Below are positions 49,442 through 63,481 of a stretch of DNA of 64,000 nucleotides, piece after piece. A program made the position numbers and the translations under genes. Origin of the DNA: Anthoceros angustus (Eukaryota > Plantae > Anthocerotophyta); contig VJWM01000011.1 of NCBI GenBank assembly GCA_010909165.1, forward strand, positions 1,364,001 through 1,428,000, written 5' to 3'. The notes under the pieces were generated by a model. It worked only from the letters and a program-made list of their open reading frames with translations. It did not search any database and was not told the DNA's origin. Each line of letters begins with the position of its first letter. Position 1 is the stretch's first letter.

Positions 49442-51660
49442 AGCTGGGCTGCCCACACTGGCACATGCCTGAAGAAGGCAAACAGATGTCACACATTTGG
49501 TGAAGTGATTCCTTCTGCTTGCATACCACCGTAAAGAAGAAGGGCTTCCTGGCCGATGCCCTGCTGGGAATACCCCGATATCAGGGCATTCCACGTAACC
49601 ACATCTTTTGGCCAAGTCCATCAAACACCGTTTGAGCTTCTTCCAAGCTGCCACACTTTGCATACATCTTAACCAAACTGCTTTCTACTAACACATCAGC
49701 TTGAAAACCTTGTTCTCTAATCTGTGCATGACGCTCTCTCCCTTTCTCCAACGCTAGGGTGCCCATGCTTGCACATGCCTGCAGGAGGCACACTAAAGTT
49801 ATGGAGTTGGTTGCATTGATCCGCTCTTCTTGCACAGCTGTGTATAGATGAAGGGCTTCTTTGCCCATGCCCTGCTGGGAATATCCTGCGATCATGGCAG
49901 TCCACGTCACCACATCTTTTTGACCAAGTCCATCAAACAGTCTCTGGGCATCCTCAAGGCTGCCACATTTCGCATACACGTATACCAAACTGTTGGCCAC
50001 AAACACGTCTCCTTCTTGCCCTCCCTCTACAGTCTGCTCGTGAAGCCGCTTTCCCATCTCCAAGGCTGGTGTGCCCACACTAGCACATGCTTGCAGAAGG
50101 CAAACAAATGTCACAGGATTGGGCACAGCGATACCTTCTTGTTGCATAACACTGTAGAGGTGAAGGGCTTCTTGGCCCATGCCCTTCTGGGAATATCCTG
50201 CGATCAGGGCCGTCCACGTCACCACATCTTATAGACCAAGACCGTCAAACACTCTTGAGCATCCTCTAGGCTGCCACACTTTGCATACATGTTTACCAAA
50301 CTGTGTTGCCCACACACTGGCACATGACTGTAGCACGCACACAAATGTGACAGAATCGGGTACAGCGATCCTTCTTCTTGCATACAACTGTAAACACTTA
50401 GGGCTTCTTGGCCCATGCCCTGCTGGGAGTACCCCAATCATAGCATTCCACGTCACCACATCCTTTTGCACAAGACCGTCAAAGACTCTTCGTGTTTCTT
50501 CTAAGCTGCGACACTTTGCATACAGGTTCGCCAACCTGCTGCCTACAAACGCATTGGCTTGGTGTCCTCGTTCTCTGACTTGTGCGTGGGCTGCTTCCCC
50601 ATCTCAAAGCTGGAGAGCCCACACTGGCACATGCCTGTAGGAGGCAGAGGAATGTCACAGCATTGGGTACCGCCCTGTAAAGAGAAAGGGCTTCCTGACC
50701 CCTGCCCTGCTGGGAATACCCTGCAATCAGAGCAGTCCATGTCACCACATCTTTCTGCCCAAGTCTGTCAGACATGTCCACGAAGCAGCTAGAGACAAAC
50801 AAATCAAGCTGAGCGCCCTGCTGCCCAGCTTTCAAGTCAGACCCCTTGCACAAGCCTGCCTGCTTGTCTTGTCCGTGTTTCACATGCGCAGAAATTATGG
50901 AAGACCACAAGAAGGCACCTGGTTCGGCAACCATGGTGACCTACCACAAGGAGGCATCTGGTTCGGCAACCATGGAGAACACATCCATTGCGTCCTGCAA
51001 CGTGCCATGCGAGGCGACTCATGGACGTGGCGACCCAGAACAAGATTCCTCTTCGCCACACATTTCTTCAAGACAGTATAAAACAGAGATTTGGCAACAG
51101 GACAGTCTGCCTGCACCAGAACTCCCAGAGCCTCAACAGCCTCAGCGAGGTCGCCTCACCACACAGCTCGGCCACGGATGCAGCAGTCACGCCCACTTCG
51201 TATCCTGCAGGCCTGCGAGGGCCAGGATCACCCGACCTCCACATCCAGAGCAGCAAGCTGGGCATCCACCCAACCCGGCTTGGAGGCTGTTCAACCAGAG
51301 GACCTCCTGGGACTCTTTGTGCCGGAAGTTAGGCCAACGGTCGCTCTGCTTATCTTGCCTGCTGTCCCACCAAAGCGTGGGGTCCCAGAAAGAATTGTCG
51401 CCACAAGGCTCCTGCCGTCGACCCTCGCTGGAAGGGCCATCTGCAGCAACATATCCTCTTCCACGAGCTGGCTTTGCTGCTAATGAGCACGTCCCAGACT
51501 GCTTGTTTCTCAACCGTGGCCTCTTTGAATTCAATTGGGCAGGAGACCTTGGTAGTCTACGTCTTAACCCACCAATTCGCTCGCGCAACGATAACTGTCC
51601 CAGCACTGGCTCCTGCTGCCCTTTGCCCGACCAATCCAGACGCCCATTTGCTCGGTGCAT
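49436..51660 (-). pseudogene. Inverted mosaic copy of the PPR gene (right arm of palindrome)
   Basis: 49436-50240 matches 30361-31165. 50240-51060 carries the deletions and duplication of the 31-kb copy. 51060-51660 is the reverse complement of the left arm. Confidence 0.88.
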
Positions 51661-52136
51661 GAGCTGAGAATATGAATGTATCGGGCACACGCCACTACAC
51701 TACCTGGACATGAAATACACTGACCCACAACTCCCTTCAGTTACACTACCTGGCCACTGACCCGCTCTCTTCGGTTAAATGAAAGAAGAAGGAAAGGAGA
51801 CTTCTATTATAGTCCACAGAGAACTTCCGTCATGGCACTTATACTTGTACCATGGTGTGCCTAAGCTACTTGCACTAAGAGCATCCACTCCTTTAGGCAC
51901 CCCATCTAAGTATCGATCTAAGCACAGGATGCTTAATAACGGCGTTTGTATACTTGATACTTGTACCATGGTGTGCCTAAGCTACTTGCACTAAGAGCAT
52001 CCACTCCTTTAGGCACCCTATCTAAGTATCGATCTAAGCACCGGATGCTTAATAACGTTGTATAGATGTGTGTCCATTTGGCTAAGAAGCATTTAGCACA
52101 TCTCTCATTAAGCAAAGAACAAAATAAGCAGCTCAA

Positions 52137-55100
52137 ATATATTTGGGGTATATTAGATCATGGTAGATCATTCTAAAGATCTTGAAAATAAAGCCTAGAA
52201 GGAATACCCTTGTGCCAATATTTAATACAATATCCTAGATTGTTAAACTCTCGTCCATGCTTTTGAATGTAAGTTTACGCAAAACCAAGCTGGAATATCT
52301 TGGACATGTTATTGACGCATCCAACTAGACCACTAAGGTTCAAGTAATACAACGATGCTGTCACCTGTCTAGGTATCTCAAGTTACATAGCTTTGTGGAG
52401 CTAGCATCTTATTACCATAAGTTTGATTGCAACTTTGCTCATACGTGCACCACTAATGTCATGACTCTGACATGACTTTGGACCTGGCCCTCAACAAGTT
52501 GCCTCACCTCTAGTTAATTGTCTTACCACGATCTTGTGAGCGTTCATTGTCACAACAAATGCATCGACTTGGTGGTCGTGTTGCGACAAGACTTTTAGGA
52601 AAGACAACGGCCATTCGTACTATTCTTAAAAGCTCAAGCATCTTTGAATTTGGTTAATATGAGGTGAGAAGGAAACACTCACAAGTTTGGCCCTTAAAAG
52701 CCTGGCGGTGCTTTATTACGGAGCTCTCAATTGAACTTGAAACCGACCAACGCCCTATGGTTTATTTGGAGACTCGATCAACACTCTTACGATCGGACTA
52801 GCTAGTGGTTGGAGCTCACCGCAACATGCTATGAGGGTATGTGAATGGGAGGCGAGAACTTGGTTGTAGGCATATATGAGGGCATACATCGAATCGTTAA
52901 ATGCAAATGGACCCAATACAGTAGCTATTAGGATATTACGGCGATCGACAAGTGGACACGGGTTGATGTCTACATGTTATGGTATGAAGGTAGACTTTTA
53001 ACCCACAGATCGGCATGCTATCATATCAAGCTCACAATGCTATATCTACTTCTCACCAAGGCATCCTTGGACGATACAAAGGTGCTGAATGTTTTTAGAA
53101 CACAATCGGTAGGGTTGTCCAAAATGCGTCAACTTATTATGCACTTAGCATCGTGAATCAAGGCCAACAGGCGAAACCAAGCGGCCTACTACGTTGCCAA
53201 TTAAGGCGCTACCATGGGATCGAGTCTTCATCATGGGTCTTCCATTGGCGCCACAAGACATGATACACTCTTGGTATTTACTAACTAGTTGACACGGTGG
53301 GTGATACTACTTCAAATCGAAAGATTTATGCGGTGGAGAAGAAGAAGAAGAAGAATTTAGACTTGTCTGCGGTGGAGAATGTGGTCAACCTCTTTCTCAA
53401 GATAGTCTATAGGTATCATGGCTTGACTCATTGTTGGTTGATCGGGATATCATTTCGCCTCGATTCATCTTGGACAACCTGCAGACTACACTCCATTACT
53501 AATTAGCTTTGCTTGTCCACAACATTCCATCTGAGACTTGTGGCCATACAAAATTGATTGATGGGCCATACAAAATCTTTGTCCATACAAAATTCTTAGT
53601 TGTATCGGACACGCCTATGAACTTGCTTGCTCTTCCCTTGGGTTCTAACTTAAAGTTACATCCACGTTTCATGTGTCACTTCTCAAGGCTTATCACGGGA
53701 CTCCTCCACAATGCTCCAAGCCTAAGCAATAGAAAATGAACTAGAGGTGCTTGGGATTTGAGAACAAAGCTTTGTTTTCCTTGGGAGGAGGCTCATGTAT
53801 ATCCATGGGTGAGAAGTGTGAGTGGTGTGTGCTTTCCATTTCCACAAGTGTGAGCAGGGGTTGAGAATAGTACATAGTGTGTTGGTGTGTGAGTGTGAAT
53901 GGGGTGAAGACTACGTGATACACTATTGGATTCACAAGAACTAGGATACGTATTGGATCGCGGGATCGTTTGAGTGCCAAATCCGATGTCCCGTACTCTT
54001 GGCGGCTTGTTTTGCTTTTTGGTCGTTCTTGTTAAGAGGGATAGGGAGGAGTTAGCCAATAAGGCCATTTTGACGATTGCGCCGGTGCAATCCTAGACCC
54101 TCAGTCCGTTGGAGACGGAGTGGTCCGTCTGGTCAGAGGCGGAGTGGTCCGTCCGGGCGAGGTCCGTGGAGTCCCGTCCGGGCGTCGGCCAGGTGGTCCG
54201 TCCGGGCGGTCAGGTAGTCCGTCCGGGCGGTCCGGAGTGGTCCGTCCGGGCGAGGTCGACGGGTAGTCGTCCGAGGCGGTCCGGTGGTCCGTCCGGGCGG
54301 TCCGGCGGGTGGTCCGTCGGGCGAGGTCAGGCGGGTGGTCGTCGGGTGGGGCGGCAGTGGTCGTCGGGCGAGGTCCGGCGGTGGTGAGTGGCGGTCAGAT
54401 GGGTGGTCCGTCGGCGAGGTCAAGCGGTGGTCCGTCGACGGGTCCGATGGAGTGGTCGTCCTTGAGAGGTCCGGTGGTCGTCCTTGAGGTCGCGAGTGGT
54501 CGTCCGGGCGGTCCGTGAGTGGTCTGGTAGGGTGGTTTAGTTTGGTGGGCATCGCTGGCATGGATCTTGTTTGGCGGGGAAGCGGTGCAGAAGTCCGGCG
54601 CGATGAGCTACGTCCGTGATTACCACGACCGAGTTAGGTACATACATAGGGGTTAGGATACATACATAGGCGGGTTAGGTTGGGGTATGGGAGTATATAG
54701 GAAGGCTGGCGTCCAAGGCGGCGAGTATCCGAGTACCATCTTGGCGCTCCGTGTGCTCTTGCCTTGAGTGCTCGAGGCGGGTGAGTTCACCGTCTGCGAT
54801 TAATTGGTAGAGGGATGTGTTTTGAGCTCGGTAGCGAGCTCCAACACGCTTGATGGGTGCGGACGGGGTCGGACTGAGCTCGAGGAGGTGCTCGCGGGTG
54901 ATTTCTCGGTGCGAGACTAACCTTGGAGGCTGCTTTGGAGCGGAGGTGGGGATGCAGTGCGAAGCCACTTCTCCATGAGCGTGAAGCGGTAGGAGGATTA
55001 GGGCGCTTGGGGTGACACTGCGGAGAAGCCATCCTTGGAGGCTGGAGCGGATGGGGATGCAGTGAAGCCACTTCTCCATGAGCGTGGAAGCGGTAGGAGG

Positions 55101-55850
55101 ATTAGGAGGCGCTTGGGGTGACTCTTGGGCGGAAGCCATCCTTGGATCTTCTTTGGAGCAAGTGGGGTTGCGGTACAAGCTACTTCTCCATGAGCGTGAA
55201 GCCGGTAGGAAGGGCAGGCTGGTGTGAATACATCAGCGTGTTGGTGTTGTGACTACTATGGGAATGGATAAGGGAGAAGGGTCGTGTTACAGCGTGTGTG
55301 TTGAGGTGGAGTTGTGGCGGAGAGTTGAGGGCTGAGGGGCGCTAGTCGTGGGGCGAAGGGCGTCGTTAAACTGTTCGGTAATCTTGGAAATCCGGCGGGG
55401 TTTGTGGGAAGGTCCAGGTGGCTGTGCTGGTCGGAGTTCGGAGGGCACACACTTAATGTGGGCCGGACCCAACTGATGAAGTCCGATTCAGCGATAAAGT
55501 AGAGCTCGAGGGAATAAGCACGAGACCATTCCCTTGAGCGGACTCCTTCCTACAACGACCGGTTATGCTTGGTGGCCGTCAAAAGTCGCGCCACAATCGT
55601 CCCAGGCACATAGCTGACTAATTAGCTTCTCTTATCTAGTAGGATTACTTTAAGTACACACTTTGATCTGAAGTAAAGGGCCATCTTTGCCTCAAACCCT
55701 ATCCATCTTATTGCACGAACCCTTGCCCACGCCTTCATTGTCATTCATTACGGGTTAATAATGGAGTTCCAATGAGCGCTAGTGGTTACATTCATTCTGC
55801 GTTAATAACGGGGTTCCAATGAGCGCCTAGTGGTTCTGATGTCCGTCATC
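52137..55850 (+). mobile_element. Inverted duplicate of the Gypsy remnant
   Basis: Reverse complement of 42727-46440. Confidence 0.75.
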
Positions 55851-57050
55851 AAGGAAAGATTGAAAGAAGATATTTTTAAGTATATGTATTATATTTATTC
55901 TTAGATAACGTATTTTAAAAATAATAATATAATTTTAAATAAATTTAAAATTATCAATTATTTAAATAACCTTAAAAGACATCATCGATGAATTTTTACT
56001 TTTTGCTATATATGTATGACTTTGCCTACTTTTGATGATTTGTTGTTTGTTTGTTTTCTCTTGATCTACCAAATATGGTGATCTCATGGGTCAAACAAAG
56101 TTTTATGTTGATTACAATTCTTTGTTGTATTACATTGTATAACAACTTAGATTCTTTGATTGAGTTAAAACAAGGTTTCTCGGTGCAGTTTTTACATTGG
56201 AAAGATATGGTTTTATTATATATGCTTGAGTATAGCATCACATGTAAAGATTTTGTATGGTGATCATTGACTAGTTTTCTTCATGATTGAGTTGAAATAG
56301 GAACCAAGCAAGCAACAAATGATGTCACTTCTAAGTTTGAAGACAAGCGAGCGTATTCTTCTTGTTTGGATCTCGAGAATAGGCATGAAGATATTTAAGG
56401 CACCAATCTCAAGCGCTCTTTTCTTGTTTGAGCTTGAGAACACGCATCATGACTTTTTGCAAAGCGGAAATGGTAATTAGTCGTGTTTTCTCTATAGACA
56501 CAACAAAGCTTTATCATTCCATTCTAATAACATTGGAACTTTTTATTGGTTGCAGACATCCCAAAGGTGGATCCCATTTGTTTGGATGCAGGCGTTCTAA
56601 CACATGAAGCACAAAAAAATGAAACATCAAATCAAGTGAGATACGTGGTCGAGTTCTATAATGCTTCACCAAAAAGGAAGGATTGCCAGTATTGTGCTCC
56701 CAAGATACGTGTGAATTGCTCAGACTTTTTCATGGGTCTACATATTACATCTCAGAAGTTTATTGATCTTCGAAAGAGCATATGTGATAATGGATTAGTC
56801 TTAATGCCTCGACACTCATTGCAATATCAGTACTACACTAACGGAGAATCACCTGATGTTGTCAAACTTTTGAGTTTGGATCCATCTCCCATAGGATCAA
56901 ACTGTACAATTGCAACCGCAGGTGATTATAGTCCTGTCCCTAGTCCAGCATAGAATGGAACTATATATTTTTTTGTTATTTTTATGATATAAAATCATTA
57001 TAATATTTTTGATATATAAAGATGATTTTATATACATAAATACCTAGAGG

Positions 57051-57518
57051 TTCTCTTTTCCCGCCCAGCACGGCTGCACCCAGGATCCGCTCGCCAAAAG
57101 GAGGAGGAGCTGTGGTCGCCATCGCCATCGCCCCCACCCGCATCCGATGCCTCTTGACGCCCAAGAAAGTGCAAGTGCACCACTTCTCATGCCTCTGTCG
57201 ACGCTCAAGGAGTAGGCTCTGGGCTCAGCCAATGCAGCTTTAATGGACCAGCTGCAGCTGCGGGACGTGCTTGTGACTCGAGGACTAAAGCGGCATATAC
57301 GACCAGTCACAGTGAACTGCCACACTCCAAACTCGCTTTTGGTGTCCGAGACATCCTCATCCTCATCCTCACCCTCATGCATGTGGTGTCATGCATTTCC
57401 TGTCTTGTTGCATTTCCTGTGTTGCTGCATTTCCTGTCTTGTTGCATTTCCTACCTTTCTGGAACTTTTCCTTCCGTTTATCTTATGTTGCTCTCACGCT
57501 GCATGTTGCTCTATCTGT
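57051..57518 (+). repeat. Direct copy of 33118-33593 (dirigent 5' end and promoter)
   Basis: Sequence identity apart from small indels; bounded by microhomologies TTCTCTTTT and GCTCTATCTGT. Confidence 0.92.
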
Positions 57519-60473
57519 AAACAAGAAACTGTCACTACGGACAAGGTGAACAAAAGGGAAGAATTGAGAGATCCGAAGGATGATAACAATGAACAAAGAT
57601 GGTAAAGGCCGACTTACCTTTCCAAACGGCTCAAAGAGAGTTTGCAAAAATTCCTCATTGACGTTGTTCGGAAGGTTACCCACAAACGCTGTTTTCACCT
57701 GCACAAGTTCTCCACAATGATTTCAACGGCCTAATATGATTGTATTTTTTTACTAAAATCAACAAGTGAATATTTAGCCTTCAAATACCTTAGCCATTTC
57801 ATCAGGATCCGGTTCAGGCTCATTCTCAGCCCAGTCGATCGCAGGTCGCCATTTTCCTCAAGCATGAAATCAGGTCTGCTGGCTACTCGATACGCACGTG
57901 CTGCAGCCTGTGATGGAATTTCCATTGTGACCAGATCAAAAGGAAGGATGCCAGATTTCGACTTTGATCAAGCCTGATATCCCCGATGGTGACTTGATAC
58001 AACTTGAATAGAAGTACCAGATCATACAGTGGAGGAGATGACTCAAGACACATGACCGATCAGCTCAAAAGATCAGCGGAAGAGCATACCAATTAAGAGG
58101 CCTAGCAACAATGGTTCTTTCAAACTGACCTTCACGTTTTCCAGGCCCTAAACTTGAATGAGGATGGCCAGTGGCGTGATCTGAAGTTTAATGTGGTGAG
58201 GGTGTTGGCTTGTTTTCTCGTTTAAGAAAAGAAGCCAAGTCACACATCCATCAGTCTGAAAACCCCATCATCCCAATGGGTCTCAGGGAGTAAAGCCTTC
58301 CAGCTCATTCAACATAGACGCAAAGGTCAGGAAGTCAGGAATCAGGGATGAATTAGAGGTTCATGGTCCTGTACTACAGTGGATCATCACCAGTGACACT
58401 GGATGCATCGCATTGTGTCTTACCATGTCAATGTTACGACCTTGCAATCACCATGACTGAACTACACACCACCAAGGATATTTTGTACCGAGGAATGAGA
58501 GAAATATATTAGTGCTCTACGACCTAGATTAAGAAACTGCATTTGAGGGAATTGATTTTGGTAGAATTGATGAAGACCATGGAATGAATAGACGGAACAT
58601 TGACCATGCATAGGGATTGCTGCAGCCTTGAAAGCTATGAGGAGCATAGCCATGCACAGTGTGTTGCCATGCACTGCCCAATGCCAACGCCAAATGGGTG
58701 ACCCAATCAGTACACAAATTTGCAAGACAAGCCACTCTTAGTGCACTCCAACCTCTCCCAGAACAGCCAACGAGAAGGCTGCTGCCTGGGTACACAATCA
58801 GTCAGGAAATTGAACATACAAGAATTGCACATCAGGCATCTACTGCCACAAGTGCTAACCAGGGCATATTAGCGAAAGGAGGTTGGTTTGTCACCTACAG
58901 CATGGCTAGAAATGCACAAAGGCAAAGCCTCGATTTTGTCGTTTCTTGTTAGTGGGTGACTCCCTGTGCTTGGTGGCATAGCCAATTCGACTGACTGCAC
59001 ATCTTGGAATGCCTGTAGCATGTGCAACATCAAAGATTAAAAACTGGAGTTATCAACATTCAAACATTCAAACTGTGCGGAGAAAGTGATCAGACAATCC
59101 AGACAAATCCTCACCTGCCTCACCATCTGGTCAACCTCCACAGTTCCCCACTCTGCATGCCCAGCAGCAAATCACATCATGGCTAACGCCCATGCGTGTA
59201 CACATAGAGGATTCACAACAAACGGACTGGCTGGATCGGAAACATCCAAGTACCAGCATGAACATACCTTTACGTAGATTTCAAGAAAAAGGGTATCTTG
59301 ATCGGTGGATGGAGTGACTCCAATCTTCTTCCCTTGCAGCTTCATCAGCCAAGCAAACCTTCGTCAGAAAGAATAGATATGCCAGCAGCCTTTTCGTGAT
59401 TCAGTTGACAAGCCAGACAGATCAGAAAACGTTTCCATCAAGTTGAAGAGGCAGAGCAGCAGAAATGACGACTACATACCGTGGTTCCATTTTCTCTTTC
59501 TGAGCCTTCAGGGCGGCTTCTTGTTGTAAACCGCACAAAACAGTACCCTACTAAACGACATCCAGGATCAGCGAACCCTACAATGATTTGTCACCAATTG
59601 TCTGCGTGGACTCTTTCCAGCAACTTGTTTGGGAAGCAGAAGTAGAGTTTCCTCACCTTCGGAGATCCAGAATGATCTTTCATAATCCGAATCTCAGCCA
59701 CCTCTCCACACTTCGAAAAAGCTACAGAACAACTTACGTAACAGTCAGGACAACGACACTCAAACCAGTCGTATACACACCCTTTCGGCTGATCACTGAA
59801 CGGTTGGAAGGTTGCCCAAAACTTTCAATCACCTCAGCGATGACCTCCTCTGTCACATTACGCTGGAGTCCCCAACGAAAACCTCTGATCCTCGGACCCT
59901 TGGTTCTCCTCCTGCATTCGTGCAAGAACACATTTTCAACCCCTGAGTAAGAGCTTTCGTACCAAACTCAAAGTTCCTGCAAATCGCAGCTGACCAAAAT
60001 GATTGCCAGAAGCTCCATTCTCCCCAACCATCTCGTTGGACTGCGCCAGATACAACAACCATCAGACCGTGCCCACCAACTTGGCGCTTGCCAGTTAGCT
60101 GGAGCAAACAAATCCTGACTCACACGAAAATGCTACACTTGGACCACCCGCATTTCCGAAAAGACAAAAGAAAAACATAGCTTCTCGTGTACCCGACAAT
60201 GAGAGCTGCCGGCACGACGAGAGCAATGCGCTACTGTTCCCGGCAAGCTGCCCAGTAGTACTAAAAGCCTCTCAGCTTTGTGGGCTCCCGCGCAGAGTCT
60301 CACCTGGGCAGCCATAGCCGAGGAGTGATACGCGTCTCGTGTGGGCAAATGTTGTGGGCCGTCGAAGTGGTCTGTGGGACAGGCGCCGCCGGATGATTGG
60401 AAGGGAGGATTTCGGGACCAGAATGTGGAAGTCTGTGTGTGCAGTCAGTATCTGTAGTGAAGCTGTGTTGCCC
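57508..60473 (-). repeat. Inverted copy of 36399-39384 (5' two-thirds of the RRM gene, truncated)
   Basis: Mirror ORFs, e.g. 38968/57731, 38167/58462 and 36526/60133. Confidence 0.93.
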
Positions 60474-61872
60474 ACACACTGGCACATGACTGTACGCACA
60501 CAAATGTGACAGAATCGGGTAGCGATCCCTTCTCCTTGCATACAACTGTGAACACTAAGGGCTTCTTGGCCCATGCCCTGCTGGGAGTACCCTGCAATCA
60601 TAGCATTTCACGTCACCACATCCTTCTGCACAAGACCGACAAAGACTCTTCGTGTTTCTTCTAAGCTGCGACACTTTGCATACAGGTTCGCCAACCCGCT
60701 GCCTACAAACGCATTGGCTTGGTGTCCTCGTTCTGTGACTTGTGCGTGGACCTGCTTCCCCATCTCCAAAGCCGGAGTGCCCACACTGGCACATGCCTGT
60801 AGGAGGCAGAGGAATGTCACAGCATTGGGTACCGCCCTGTAAAGAGAAAGGGCTTCCTGACCCCTGCCCTGCTGGGAATACCCTGCAATTAGAGCAGTCC
60901 ATGTCACCACATCTTTCTGCCCAAGTCTGTCAGACATGTCCACGAAGCAGCTAGAGACAAACAAATCAAGCTGAGCGCCCTGCTGCCCAGCTTTCAAGTC
61001 AGACCCCCTTGCACAAGCCTGCCTGCTTGTCTTGTCCGTGTTTCACATGCGCAGAAATTATGGAATGCCACAAGAAGGCACCTGGTTCGGCAACCATGGT
61101 GACCTACCACAAGGAGGCATCTGGTTCGGCAACCATGGTGAACACATCCATTGCGTCCTGCAACGTGCCATGCGAGGCGACTCATGGACGTGGCGACCCA
61201 GAACAAGAATTCTTCGCCACATTCCATCGTGCTCGGTGATGTCGGTGCCCTGATTGTCGTTCTGAAGGAAAACGAGGAGTGTGGAGAAGATTTGTTGGCA
61301 GGGTACGACCCGCAAGGGCTGCTCACCTGGCAGCTGAGTTCGGTGGGAGTGGAGTGAGCAGGAGTGAGCAGAGCATGCTGACATTCTACGGGCCTGGCCA
61401 ATGCGGAAGAATGTCGTCTAAAACTAAAGCAACATGACTTGAAAGCGTGACAAATGCCACGAGAGTCACATTCGCCCTAGGCTCTAGGTATAGCTCTCAT
61501 CCAGATCCTAATACAAGGAGATTCAAGCCTTCATTCCTCCTACAAGGACATTCAAGCCAGCATTCCTCCGCCAAGGAGATTCAAGCCAGCATTCCTCCTA
61601 CAAGGAGATTCAAGCCAGCATTCCTCCTACAAAGAGATCCAAGTTATCATTCCTCCTACAAGGAAATTCAAGCCAGCAGGCCAGCATTCCTCCGCCAAGG
61701 AGATCCAAGCCAGCATTCCTCCTACTGCTCTGAAGCACCGGGCAGGCAGACGCTTCAACCTCCACCAAGGAGTACAACCTACAACCGGTGCGTCACTCAG
61801 AAGTGCAAGAGCTCAGCTCAGAGTTAGTCAGCACATCACTGACGACATGACATGGAGGCAGCCAGCCGACAT

Positions 61873-62445
61873 TCAGGATCCATAACCACCGTAATAGACG
61901 GAATTAGTGAAGTTAAAGACGGCGGTGTAGTTGACAATCTTGACGACGGAAAAGCGAGCCCAGCCTCGGGCGAGCCTGAAGTCCCCGGTGCCTCCGACGA
62001 TGGCGATCTCCCGCACCTTGGTACGGGTGTAGTCGTGGCCGCGGTACGAGAGAGTACTGTCCGAGGTGAATCCGCTCTTTTTGTTGAAGATGGCGGTGAA
62101 GACGAACTCCAAAGCGGGGGCGCCCACCAGGCCGTCCCACACGTAAAGGCCCTTGGCCTTGCCAATAGTCGTGGAACTGGGGTCGGGGCCCTGCGTCAAT
62201 GGGTCGTCCATCACCACCATGCCGCCCACGAGCGGCTTCCCTTTCGAGGGAAAGGTTTCGGGGATGCCTTGCAAGGGAGGCACCGCGAAAAAGGCAGTAG
62301 CATTAGGCGCCAGGAGATCGTCGTGCATGAAGTAACTGAATTCCACGAAATTCTCTTTTCCCGCCCAGCACGGCTGCACCCAGGATCCGCTCGCCAAAAG
62401 GAGGAGGAGAGCTGTGGTCGCCATCGCCATCGCCCCCACCCGCAT
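61873..62445 (-). CDS. DIR: Dirigent protein (signal peptide, intact ORF, 190 aa)
   Basis: FSYFMHDD, G.MVVMDDPLTQGPDPSSTTIGKAKGLY, LEFVFTAIF and REIAIVGGTGDFRLARGWA, which are the canonical dirigent motifs. Confidence 0.92.
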   Translation of the reverse strand: MRVGAMAMATTALLLLLASGSWVQPCWAGKENFVEFSYFMHDDLLAPNATAFFAVPPLQGIPETFPSKGKPLVGGMVVMDDPLTQGPDPSSTTIGKAKGLYVWDGLVGAPALEFVFTAIFNKKSGFTSDSTLSYRGHDYTRTKVREIAIVGGTGDFRLARGWARFSVVKIVNYTAVFNFTNSVYYGGYGS

Positions 62446-63481
62446 CCGATGCCTCTTGACGCCCAAGAAAGTGCAAGTGCACCTTCTCATGCCTCTGTCG
62501 ACGCTCAAGGAGTAGGCTCTCTGGGCTCAGCCAATGCAGCTTTAATGGACCAGCTGCAGCTGCGGGACGTGCTTGTGACTCGAGGACTAAAGCGGCATAT
62601 ACGACCAGTCACAGTGAACTGCCACACTCCAAACTCGCTTTTGGTGTCCGAGACATCCTCATCCCTCATCCTCACCCTCATGCATGTGGTGTCATGCATT
62701 TCCTGTCTTGTTGCATTTCCTGTGTTGCTGCATTTCCTGTCTTGTTGCATTTCCTACCTTTCTGGAACTTTTCCCTTCCGTTTATGTCTTATGTTGCTCT
62801 CACGCTGCATGTTGCTCTATCTGTTGACCATGTATGTTATGTTGCTCTGTTCACCATGGTCTGTATTGTTTTCTGGCTTTGTTGCAAGCAGGTCGGGCCA
62901 TGGAGGAAGCTGATTGGGGATGCAGCTGCTCTAGTCCTAGTCCCACCCCAACGTCTTCTGGAAAGCGAGGGAGTTCACCGCCAAGCCTAGTGCCTGGTGA
63001 TGAGATGAGCCCATGTTCGGGAAATCCTCGTACTGGACACAAGCTGTGTTCACGAAGCCTTCCCTGTATGTGACTGCCACCTGCGAAGTCGTCCAACTTG
63101 GTATGTGGAACCCTTTCTTCATCAGGTGACTCGAAGTCAACCATGAGCATGGGTGGAAGGAGGTTGCAGGTGCCAATGCTACATTCTCCCAGTGCAGCTG
63201 ACGGTCCAGGTGCAGGTGGCGATGTCCAGATGAGGTGCAGGTGCCAATGCCACTTTCTGCGGGTGCAGTCCAGCCTCGCTATTCTGCAGCAATTTCCCAT
63301 GGCCAGGTCCTGAGCACAGCTTAACTGCCCGCTGTCCAGCAGCTTTGTAGGCACTGCCATTCACCATCCAGGTCAGTCCACCAACCCTGGCCTGGCTGCT
63401 GTGAAGGCTGTGCGCGTAGCGAGGACGCGTTTGTGAGCAGCCTAGTCTTGTCCATGCACCTCCGACAGCGGTCCCTGGACG

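Larger units (their letters stand above)
41534..57059. repeat. ~15.5-kb fold-back inverted duplication (arms 41534-49366 and 49436-57059, 69-bp spacer)
   Basis: Mirror ORF pairs sum to 98577 (46887/51690, 44016/54561). Outer ~6 kb of the arms are near-identical. Inner parts are two alleles of one PPR gene. Confidence 0.95.

Noticed and set aside
61852-62913. 353-aa plus-strand ORF
   Set aside because: Antisense to the GC-rich dirigent ORF; broken in the duplicate at 32.6-33.6 kb.
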